Below, piece after piece: positions 15,681 through 23,664 of a stretch of DNA of 38,557 nucleotides. Position 1 is the first letter of the stretch. The number at the start of each line of letters is the position of its first letter. Below the pieces are notes generated by a model. It worked only from the letters and a program-made list of their open reading frames with translations. It was not told the DNA's origin and made no database searches. Made by a program: the position numbers and the translations under genes. The DNA lies in IMG/VR virus record IMGVR_UViG_3300045285_000068, positions 1-38,557 of that record, one strand, 5' to 3'. The stretch comes from a virus (Duplodnaviria; Caudoviricetes).

Positions 15681-17486
15681 ATGCGCGGTCCCGGCTTCTT
15701 CGGCTACCTCCAGCCCGACACCGTGCCGCCCGATCCTATCGGCAACGACTGGCGCGGCATACCGGGGCCAATGGGGCCGTCTGGCGTTGGGCCGGCGGGT
15801 CCGGTTGGGCCGACGGGTCCGGCTGGCATTGGTCCGCCCGGATCAAACGGTGTCGACGGCGCTGCCGGCCCACAGGGCTTGCGCGGCCTGATGGGTCCGC
15901 AAGGCGCGGCCGGGCCTACCTCAATCCCCGACAACGTGACGCTTCGCGCGCCCGGCCCAAGTGACGACGCGGCGCACGGCTATGCCAGCGGCGATATGTG
16001 GCTTTTCGGCGGCGAGGTCTACGCGGCTCTGAAGGTCACTGCCGGGCTGGCGGTATGGCAGACGATCCCGGCGGCGCGGGCGCTTCCGGTTGATGCCATC
16101 GGCGGCGTCGCTCCCATCTTCGCCTATGGCACGGCCAAGCTCGCGTCGGCCTATGCCGGGCACGCCGTCAATGTGGTGCGGGCGTCGGATAGCGCAGCAC
16201 TCGACATCGATTTCATGGCCGGCAACGCGCTCAATAATGCGGCGCTCGACGCATTCTCGCCCGGTGTTCCGGTGCGCGTCGCGACGTTCTATGACCAGAG
16301 CGGGGCGGCAAACAATGCGACGGCGATCGCTGCGAACCGTCCGGCAATGGCGCCGTCGAACACCATCGGATCGGCACGGTCAGTCGCGTTCGACAGCACC
16401 CACTTCTCGTCCACCGGCCCGGCATTCACCAGCATGTCGATCCCCTCGCTCGGTGCCGCAACAGCGGGCGCCGTGTCGTTCATCTGCCTTATGCGGACGA
16501 TGGACAGCGCCGGCATCGACACTTTCCCTATTCAGCTAACCGGGACGGCCTCGATTTATGGGGGTTATAGCGCGGTAGGCCGCAAGTGGGTGCTGGATTC
16601 AACCGTGCCATCACAGATCGTCGGGCTCAGCACCAAACCGAACGCAACGGAGCAGGCGTTTGCATTCGTTGTCGGCACAGGCGCGGCATCGTCAAGCCTG
16701 ATTGCAGGCAATGCGCAGGTAACTGGCGGCGGCTCCGGCCTCGTCAATGCGCTGGCGACCGGCACGCTCGGCTCGTCTGCTGTGGACGTGTCAAATGGTG
16801 CAATGGACCTTGCGGTGGCGATCGGTTACGCAAGAGCCTTGTCCACAACGGAGATTACCAACGCACTCGCCGCGCTGTATCGTGAATTCCAAATCTATCC
16901 GCAGGTCCGCGACGAACTCCTGATCGTCGGCGACAGCATCACCTCCGGCACGTTCCAATCGATGAACCTCAACTACGCGCGCCGGGTCATTCCGTTGCTC
17001 GCGCGGCCAATGAACGTTGTTGTGGATGGCAGGTTCGGCGACAGCATCGCGGACATGGATACCAACTTCGCCACCTACTACGCGAATATCGAAAACCCGC
17101 TTGCCGCGAATAACGTGATGACGATCTTTGCCGGCACGAACGATATCAACAGCGGCCAGACGGGAGCGGCAACCTGGGCGCATCTGCAATCGTTTGCCGG
17201 CAAGGCGCGGGCGGCCGGCTGGAAGGTGGCACTCTCCACCATGCTGCCACGGTCGGGCCTTACCGTGCCAGCACAGGCCGAATGGGCAGCCTACAACGCG
17301 CTGATACGCGCCGGCTGGCCGGCGGTGGCCGACGCCCTGATTGACCCGCAGGCGGATGACGCAATCGGGCCGTTCGCCGCGGCGTCGAATGTTGCGCTCT
17401 ATGCTGACGGCACGCACCCCGCGGACGGCATGCCGGTCTATTTCGCGGGCTTGTTCGCCAAGGCGATCAACGGCCTGCTCGCATGA
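15681..17486 (+). CDS. Tailspike/fibre: collagen-like repeat, AbfB-like/LamG domain, SGNH esterase
   Basis: GXY repeats; VRASD...DI..., FYDQSG; SGNH blocks GDSIT, GTND and DGTHP. Confidence 0.85.
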   Translation: MRGPGFFGYLQPDTVPPDPIGNDWRGIPGPMGPSGVGPAGPVGPTGPAGIGPPGSNGVDGAAGPQGLRGLMGPQGAAGPTSIPDNVTLRAPGPSDDAAHGYASGDMWLFGGEVYAALKVTAGLAVWQTIPAARALPVDAIGGVAPIFAYGTAKLASAYAGHAVNVVRASDSAALDIDFMAGNALNNAALDAFSPGVPVRVATFYDQSGAANNATAIAANRPAMAPSNTIGSARSVAFDSTHFSSTGPAFTSMSIPSLGAATAGAVSFICLMRTMDSAGIDTFPIQLTGTASIYGGYSAVGRKWVLDSTVPSQIVGLSTKPNATEQAFAFVVGTGAASSSLIAGNAQVTGGGSGLVNALATGTLGSSAVDVSNGAMDLAVAIGYARALSTTEITNALAALYREFQIYPQVRDELLIVGDSITSGTFQSMNLNYARRVIPLLARPMNVVVDGRFGDSIADMDTNFATYYANIENPLAANNVMTIFAGTNDINSGQTGAATWAHLQSFAGKARAAGWKVALSTMLPRSGLTVPAQAEWAAYNALIRAGWPAVADALIDPQADDAIGPFAAASNVALYADGTHPADGMPVYFAGLFAKAINGLLA

Positions 17487-18139
17487 CCGACCTCACCATC
17501 ATCGTCCCGTACAACCGCACCTCGCCGATCCACATCCCGACGCGCGACCTGGTGCTGGCCGGCTCGGACTCCATCAACCTGCGCGTGACCATCGTCGAGT
17601 CCGACGACCCATCGGCGCAGGCGCTGGTCATCACCGGCGGCGCCAACGATCCTGTGTGCCGGCTGGTGGTCTGGCACGATCCGCCGTTCGGCGCGGCATG
17701 GTGGGACTACGGCCGTCCGTACTGTGGCCGGCCCGAGGTTCTCTGGACCGGAACCGGCACGCAGGCCGACGCGATCGGCAGCTTCGACATAGCGATCCCC
17801 GCCGGCACCATGATGCAATGGCCGCTGCGTTGCGGTTGGTCGGTGCAACTCGATTACGGCGGTGATCAGGCTGAGATGCTGGCGCGCGGATCGCTGCATG
17901 TGCGGCATTCGAGCCTCGGGCCGGTTGTCGCGCCGACGGTGGATGGGCCGGCGCCTCCGGTTGGGCCGCCGACTGTCGGGCCGATCGTCGCCGTCGAATT
18001 CACGCTGGACCTGTCGCTACTCGACATGGGCGCGATGCTGGCGGCCGGCGGCGGCGACATCGGCGGACAACCCGGCGGCGTGGGTGTCGGCGTATTCGTG
18101 ATGGATGATTCGCGTTTGGATATGGGAGTCAAAATATGA
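17483..18139 (+). CDS. Putative tail-associated protein
   Basis: ATGA-coupled; twin F.(L/M)D.S.LDMG motifs at the C-terminus. Confidence 0.7.
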   Translation: MTDLTIIVPYNRTSPIHIPTRDLVLAGSDSINLRVTIVESDDPSAQALVITGGANDPVCRLVVWHDPPFGAAWWDYGRPYCGRPEVLWTGTGTQADAIGSFDIAIPAGTMMQWPLRCGWSVQLDYGGDQAEMLARGSLHVRHSSLGPVVAPTVDGPAPPVGPPTVGPIVAVEFTLDLSLLDMGAMLAAGGGDIGGQPGGVGVGVFVMDDSRLDMGVKI

Positions 18140-18978
18140 GCTATCCGTGGGCAGTCGGCGATGTGCTGCACGCCACCGATTTGAATGCAGCCATTGCATC
18201 TGCAGCAGCCGGCGCTGGTCCCGGTCTGCCGGTCGCCGGCATCTCCGGCTATCTGTTCGGAATGCGCGTATAGAACGACGCGGTGACGCCGAATACCGTG
18301 TTGGACATTGCCGCTGGCGCGTGTGCGGACAGCACTGGCACGGTGATGATAACGCTCGGCGCGTTCACCAAATCCACCGCGGGCGCATGGGCGGCCGGAT
18401 CAGGTGGGAACGGCATGGGCGGCGGCCTGACGATTGCGGCGAGCACCTGGTATCACGTCTTTGCCTGCATCAATGCCGGCGTGTCGGACGTGTTCTTCGA
18501 CACCTCGCCAACCGGGGCACATGCCCCGCTCGGCACGACCTCATTCAGACGGATCCGCAGTTTCAAGACGGACGGCGCGGCGCATATTGTGCCGGATGTG
18601 CAGAATGGCGACCGGATCGACGCGGCGTCGGGGACAATCGAATACAGCGGCACGCCGGGCCATACCACGGCGGACGTGCTTACACTGGTCGGGGTTCCAG
18701 CCGGTCTTGCCGTCCAGGCGCTGCTAACCGGCACATCGCAAGATGGCACCGCGTCAAACGGTGCGATCTATCTGTCGAGTCTCGCGCAGCCGGACTTTGC
18801 CGCCGGAATCCCGAATATCACGGGTGTTCTCGGCACAGCCGGCGCGGCATTCTTCGGCTTCAATGCGATTGTGATGACTAACGCGAGCGGCCAGATCAGG
18901 CGTCGGGTCGGTTCGATCACGATGGCTACGACGATCATGTCCAACGGTTATATCGACAATCGCGGCCGGTTCGCTTGA
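18136..18978 (+). pseudogene. Tail-fibre-type gene interrupted by an in-frame TAG at 18271-18273 (pseudogene, readthrough or sequencing error)
   Basis: ATG 18136 (GGGAG SD, ATGA overlap) reads MSYPW..GDVL.A.DLN...GYLFGMRV*NDAVTPNTVLDIAAG, in frame with track ORF 18283..18978. Confidence 0.7.
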
Positions 18979-19053
18979 TGCGTCCGCGCAGAGCCGCGAA
19001 GCGGATCGGAGTGGGTAGCATCATTTTCGATCAAGAGCGGAGCGATTGAGAAA

Positions 19054-19404
19054 ATGGCGTACGTCCAGCTTGACGGCGGCAAGGTCACGGCGATCTATGG
19101 CGGCCCGCAGCCCGGCCTGACCGGATGCGCCGACGTGGCCGACGATGATCCGGCGCTGTTGGCGTTCCTCGCGGCGCAGAACCCAGCCAAGCCGCAGCAG
19201 ATCACGCCGACCGCGTTCCTGACGCGCTTTCCGCCGGGCGTCGTGCAAGCACTGTTCGCGAACGACCAGACCGGGGCGTTCCTTATCATGTGCGCCGCAT
19301 CCGGCTCGATCGACCTGACGGACCCGAAAGTGCAGGGCGGCGTCAACGGCCTGGTGCCGGCGTTCCTGACGCAGACGCAGGCTTTCGCGATCCTCGATCA
19401 CTGA
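19054..19404 (+). CDS. Putative tail fibre assembly/chaperone protein
   Basis: Follows the fibre gene; DDP..LAF, FL.RF and IDL.DP motifs. Confidence 0.65.
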   Translation: MAYVQLDGGKVTAIYGGPQPGLTGCADVADDDPALLAFLAAQNPAKPQQITPTAFLTRFPPGVVQALFANDQTGAFLIMCAASGSIDLTDPKVQGGVNGLVPAFLTQTQAFAILDH

Positions 19405-19871
19405 TGTCCGGCACCAACGCGCTGCTTTCCACGCCAGCCATGCCGGCAATATTGCCGGCTTCGAATGCGCTCGGTCCGCAGGCCGATCCGTACGATTACA
19501 CTGACCGCTTTAATACGCAGCTTGCTCCCGCCGAGGAACAGCAATTCCAAGCCTGGGCAGCGGCGAACGGCAAGGCGAACGATACCTACGACTACGATTT
19601 GCGCGGCGCGTGGAAGTCGGGCGCAGCGATGGCGCCGAACGGCCATTTGCCGGACACGTTCAAGAAGCCGAATCACCCAACGTTCTCAGATCAGTCGCAG
19701 TACCACGGCACCGGAGGCTATCAGGGTGGGACTTGGGCCGGTGGTGACGGATCGCCTTACACGTTCACGCCGAGCGCCACGAATCTGCAAATGATGTCGG
19801 CTCCCATGTTGCAGCGGTATTTCCAAGAGCGGGAACCGGGCAATCAACTCATTCTGCCGGGTGCCCACTGA
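19404..19871 (+). CDS. Hypothetical virion protein (155 aa)
   Basis: TGATG coupling at both ends; YDYDLRG.W...H.PD.FKKPNHPTFS motif. Confidence 0.75.
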   Translation: MSGTNALLSTPAMPAILPASNALGPQADPYDYTDRFNTQLAPAEEQQFQAWAAANGKANDTYDYDLRGAWKSGAAMAPNGHLPDTFKKPNHPTFSDQSQYHGTGGYQGGTWAGGDGSPYTFTPSATNLQMMSAPMLQRYFQEREPGNQLILPGAH

Positions 19872-21346
19872 TGTCCGACGCGCTCGCCACACTCCGATCG
19901 GCACTCACGCCCGCCAAGGGCATGCGGCGCATTCCGTTTCCGACGGAATCATATGAGCATCCGTCGCGGCCATTGTCCGCTAAACGCCTGCTCAACCTGA
20001 TGGCCGAGTCCGCGCCGGCCGACGCGCGCTCGCAGGCCGTGCTGATCCCTACGCCCGGCCTGTCGCCGTTCTACGCGGGCGGCACCGGCCCGATTCTCGC
20101 GATCAACAATGACATGCCCGGCATCGGCTATTTCGTGTCCGGCGATCACGCTTTCCAGGCGTTCGGCGGCGTGACCGATCTCGGCGCGGTCGGCCTCGCC
20201 AGTCCGGCCGGCGGCGTCAATCCGGATCTGATCATGGGCGCGACGATCGCGACCAGCACGTCCGCCGTGGTGATCTGCATCCCGCCGAACGCTTGGACCG
20301 GCCCGCACGATGGCCCGCTCAACCAGATCGGCGGCACGTTCCCCGGCGCGAATTCCGTCACCTACATCGGCGGCTACTTCGTGTTCTCGCAGCAGGGTTA
20401 CGGCGAGGGCTTCTTCATCAGCGCGATCGATGATCCAACGCTGTTCGACGCGCTGGACTTCGCCAGCCTTGAAGCCGGCACCAACATCATGCTGCGGGCG
20501 ATCACGCAGGGCGGCGAGCTGTGGCTTGGCGGCCCGAGCGGCTGGGAGGTCTGGTATCTGAGCGGCGACGCGGATTTCCCGTTCCGGCGGCGGCAGACCG
20601 GCGGCGTGATCAGCTATGGCATCGGCACGCCGCGCACCATCGGGCAAATCGACGGCTCGGTGTTCTGGCTCGGCCTGGACAGCATGGTGTACCGATCCAC
20701 CGGCTATCAGGCGACGCGCATTTCGACGCACGCGGTCGAGTCCATCATCAATTCGTACGGCTACGGCGTGTCCAGCAACGCGGTCGGCATGTGCTACATC
20801 CATGCGGGCCACGCTTTCTATGTGCTGACGATCGCCGGCGACCGCACGCTGGTCTATGACTGCGCCACGAAAGCATGGCACGATCGGGCGAGCAGCGACG
20901 ATGGCTCGGGCCGCTGGCGGCCGAGTTGCGCGGCGGCGTTGCAGGATTTCACCCTGGTCGGCGATTCCGTCGATGGGCTGATCTATCTGATCGATCACAA
21001 CACCCAATTCGACAACACCACGTTGATCCCGCGCCAGTTCACCATGCCGACGATCTTCGCAGGCACCAACCGCGCATTCGAGAACGCGCTGGAAATCGAG
21101 ATGGAAGTCGGCACCGCGGCGTCCAGCGGCGATGTGCTGCTGGAGTGGTCCGACGATGGCGGCACGACCTGGACCGGCTCGCGCACGCTGAATGCCGGCG
21201 CGGTCGGCGAGTTGCGCAAGCGGGTGCGCACAACGCGGCTCGGGAGCTTCCACCAGCGGACGCACCGGATTACGGCCCACGGGCGCCCGAGCTTCTACGG
21301 CGTGGATGCGGACATTACCGGGCCGCCGCAGACTAGTGGCGGGTGA
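19871..21346 (+). CDS. Packaged-DNA stabilisation/tail hub protein (P22 gp10-like)
   Basis: 491 aa, beta-rich; ISTHAVE, GH.FYVL, TLVYD..T..WH.R and WSDDGG.TW...R...RLG motifs. Confidence 0.9.
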   Translation: MSDALATLRSALTPAKGMRRIPFPTESYEHPSRPLSAKRLLNLMAESAPADARSQAVLIPTPGLSPFYAGGTGPILAINNDMPGIGYFVSGDHAFQAFGGVTDLGAVGLASPAGGVNPDLIMGATIATSTSAVVICIPPNAWTGPHDGPLNQIGGTFPGANSVTYIGGYFVFSQQGYGEGFFISAIDDPTLFDALDFASLEAGTNIMLRAITQGGELWLGGPSGWEVWYLSGDADFPFRRRQTGGVISYGIGTPRTIGQIDGSVFWLGLDSMVYRSTGYQATRISTHAVESIINSYGYGVSSNAVGMCYIHAGHAFYVLTIAGDRTLVYDCATKAWHDRASSDDGSGRWRPSCAAALQDFTLVGDSVDGLIYLIDHNTQFDNTTLIPRQFTMPTIFAGTNRAFENALEIEMEVGTAASSGDVLLEWSDDGGTTWTGSRTLNAGAVGELRKRVRTTRLGSFHQRTHRITAHGRPSFYGVDADITGPPQTSGG

Positions 21347-21888
21347 TGGCCCTCCCAGCAACCGACTACCTCAAGCCACCGTTGAACGAGGCGCCGATCA
21401 ACCAGGCCACGGGCATGCACACCGAGGCGTGGATAGGGCACAATCAGGACGTTGCCGACGCCATAACGCGGCTGAAAGCCAAACTCGGCGTCACCGATGG
21501 CTCCGACGCGGCGGCCGGGCAGGTCGGCGAGCTGCTGACCGCATCCGGCGGCCCGATCGGGCTCACGACCAACGTGGCGGCCAACATCGCCAGCCTGCCG
21601 CTGCCGGCGGGCGACTTCGAGGTCTGGGGCAACATCCATTTCGCGGCCAGCGGCACGACGCATCCGACGCAATGCGCGGCCTCGATCAGCACGGTATCCG
21701 GCGCGAACGGGCCGTGGCCGACGCTGATCGGTGCGACGTTCAACACGGGCGCGAATATCAACATGGCGGCCGGGCAGACGCGGGTGAGTGGCGCGGCAGG
21801 CTCGACGGTGTATCTGGTGGGGTCCGGCATTTTCACCGGCGGGGCCATGCCGGCGAGCGGGCAGATTTGGGCAAGGAGGGTGCGATGA
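21343..21888 (+). CDS. Tail protein (possible needle or tip)
   Basis: GVTDGS.AAAG.VGE and C-terminal I.ARRVR motifs; follows the gp10-like gene. Confidence 0.7.
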   Translation: MMALPATDYLKPPLNEAPINQATGMHTEAWIGHNQDVADAITRLKAKLGVTDGSDAAAGQVGELLTASGGPIGLTTNVAANIASLPLPAGDFEVWGNIHFAASGTTHPTQCAASISTVSGANGPWPTLIGATFNTGANINMAAGQTRVSGAAGSTVYLVGSGIFTGGAMPASGQIWARRVR

Positions 21889-22100
21889 TCCAGGGTATGT
21901 TCGACGCTCTGTTCGGCGGCCCGGCGGTATACAGTCTGTCCGGGCAAGCCAACGCGAGCGAGCAACTGTTGCGCCAAATGCAAGAGGTTTATAGCGACGC
22001 CAATGCGTCGTTCCTAACATGGAACACGGTCGCCGTGCAGCCCGGTATCTACTGGCGACGGACCGGCGGCAAGTCATGGCGCGTCACGGTGCAGCGGTGA
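21885..22100 (+). CDS. Hypothetical protein (71 aa)
   Basis: AGGAGG SD; ATGA and GTGA coupling at its ends. Confidence 0.6.
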   Translation: MIQGMFDALFGGPAVYSLSGQANASEQLLRQMQEVYSDANASFLTWNTVAVQPGIYWRRTGGKSWRVTVQR

Positions 22101-22648
22101 GACATTTCCACCTACTCGGCTCCGGTATCGACGTGTCGGGCCTCAACCTTGAACTTTACCGGCAACCGTCGCTCTGGAATCAGCACAACGCGCGGACGGA
22201 TGGGCCGGGATCGTTCACCGGAACCGACGATATTTGGATCAGGTTCCGGCCGTTCGGTGAGTTGACCTCCTCGATTGCATACACCGAGCCGTTTGCGCTG
22301 GCATTCTATGATGCGTGGGACTTGCTGCCGCATCTGCGGCCGATCGTGTTCGGCCTGATGGCGCGATGCGAGGCAGTCCATTTGGGAGGCATCCTTATAA
22401 CCCGTGTCCCGGCCGGGAAGCGGGTGGCGCCCCATGACGATAAAGGCCGCTGGCATTCCGAGCACTTCAAGACCAAGGCGTATGTGCCGCTGATGACCAA
22501 CCCCGCCTGTTACAACACATGCGGCGACGAACGGGTCACGATGGACGTAGGTAGCGCGTGGCTGTTCGACAATTTGGAGGTCCATAGCACGGTCAACGAC
22601 GGCGATACCGACCGCGTGACGCTGATCGTGTCGATGCGCTGCGAATGA
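22097..22648 (+). CDS. Aspartyl/asparaginyl beta-hydroxylase-like Fe(II)/2OG oxygenase
   Basis: PHDD (HxD), FDN..H..N and R..LIV motifs; GTG start at 22097. Confidence 0.85.
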   Translation: MRHFHLLGSGIDVSGLNLELYRQPSLWNQHNARTDGPGSFTGTDDIWIRFRPFGELTSSIAYTEPFALAFYDAWDLLPHLRPIVFGLMARCEAVHLGGILITRVPAGKRVAPHDDKGRWHSEHFKTKAYVPLMTNPACYNTCGDERVTMDVGSAWLFDNLEVHSTVNDGDTDRVTLIVSMRCE

Positions 22649-22989
22649 AACGCGCGCCAAATCAGCCGGTCGGCGACCTGACGCTATACGCGGGTATATT
22701 CTGCAAGGTGTGGCACGTTCCTGACGCTGGCACGATGCTCCCGCAGCATGCTCACGAGCACGACCATCTGACGCTTATAATCAGCGGCAAGGTCACGCTT
22801 TGGCGCGATGATGCGTTTGTCAGCGAGTTCAACGCGCCTGCCACAATCAAGGTACCGGCGCGCGAACACCATCGTTTCTTCACGCATGCACCGAACACAG
22901 TGCTTGCGTGCATCCACAACGCCGACCATGCAGACGCGACCGGCGATCCGCTGATATTTGCATCGCGTCCACTTGAATTGGAGGACTGA
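22645..22989 (+). CDS. Cupin-domain protein
   Basis: QHAHEHDH...SG.V and VPA..HH.F motifs. Confidence 0.82.
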   Translation: MKRAPNQPVGDLTLYAGIFCKVWHVPDAGTMLPQHAHEHDHLTLIISGKVTLWRDDAFVSEFNAPATIKVPAREHHRFFTHAPNTVLACIHNADHADATGDPLIFASRPLELED

Positions 22990-22992
22990 GCC

Positions 22993-23655
22993 ATCCCCTT
23001 TCTCCCAGCAGGCGTTGGAGCGGCAGTAGCCGGCGGAGTTGCGTCCGGGGCTGTCGGCCTGATCGGCGGCGCTCTGCAAGGCGGTGCCGCGTCTGGTGGC
23101 GCGAGCAGCGCGCAAGCGACGCTTTCACAGCAACGGAACGACCTCGCGCCGTTCCGCAACACTGGCGTCAATGCGCTCGGCGTTGCAGGCGATCTCTCCG
23201 GCGCCAACGGGCCGGACGCGGCGACTGCGGCGATGGCGAATTTCCACACAGATCCGGGTTATCAGTTTCAACTCGACCAGGGCCTCAGGGCGGTCGGCGC
23301 ACATCAGGCCGCAGCGGGCATGTTCGATAGCGGCGCCACCGAAAAGGCGCAAATGACGTTTGCCGGCGGCCTCGCCGATCAATCGTTCTCCCAGTACTAC
23401 AACCGTCTCTATGGACTTGCGAACCTTGGCGAGACAGCGGCGGCTGGCGGTGCCGCAACCGCCAACTCGGCCGCGACGCTCGCGCAAGGCGCGGGCAACA
23501 CGCAGGCCAGCATCTTCGGCAATGCGGCGAGCGGGCTCGGCACGACGATTTCCGGGCTGGCGAGCAATCCGAAGATCAACTCGCTATTCAGCGGCGGCGG
23601 CAGCACGTTGCCGCCCGCGCCGGCCGGCGGCGATTTCCAATTCAGCCCGGAATAG
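22993..23655 (+). CDS. DNA ejection protein (P22 gp7-like), apparent ATC start
   Basis: Gly/Ala-rich N-terminus (PFLPAGVGAAVAGG...), LAPFR.TG and PGYQF..QG motifs; frame is open from 22990; GGAGGA SD upstream of the ATC. Confidence 0.8.
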   Translation: MPFLPAGVGAAVAGGVASGAVGLIGGALQGGAASGGASSAQATLSQQRNDLAPFRNTGVNALGVAGDLSGANGPDAATAAMANFHTDPGYQFQLDQGLRAVGAHQAAAGMFDSGATEKAQMTFAGGLADQSFSQYYNRLYGLANLGETAAAGGAATANSAATLAQGAGNTQASIFGNAASGLGTTISGLASNPKINSLFSGGGSTLPPAPAGGDFQFSPE

Positions 23656-23664
23656 GATCGATCG

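Noticed and set aside
18271-18273. Genome-wide TAG reassignment
   Set aside because: TAG ends several genes at expected positions (scaffold 12667, capsid 13884, adaptor 15680), and only one internal TAG was found.
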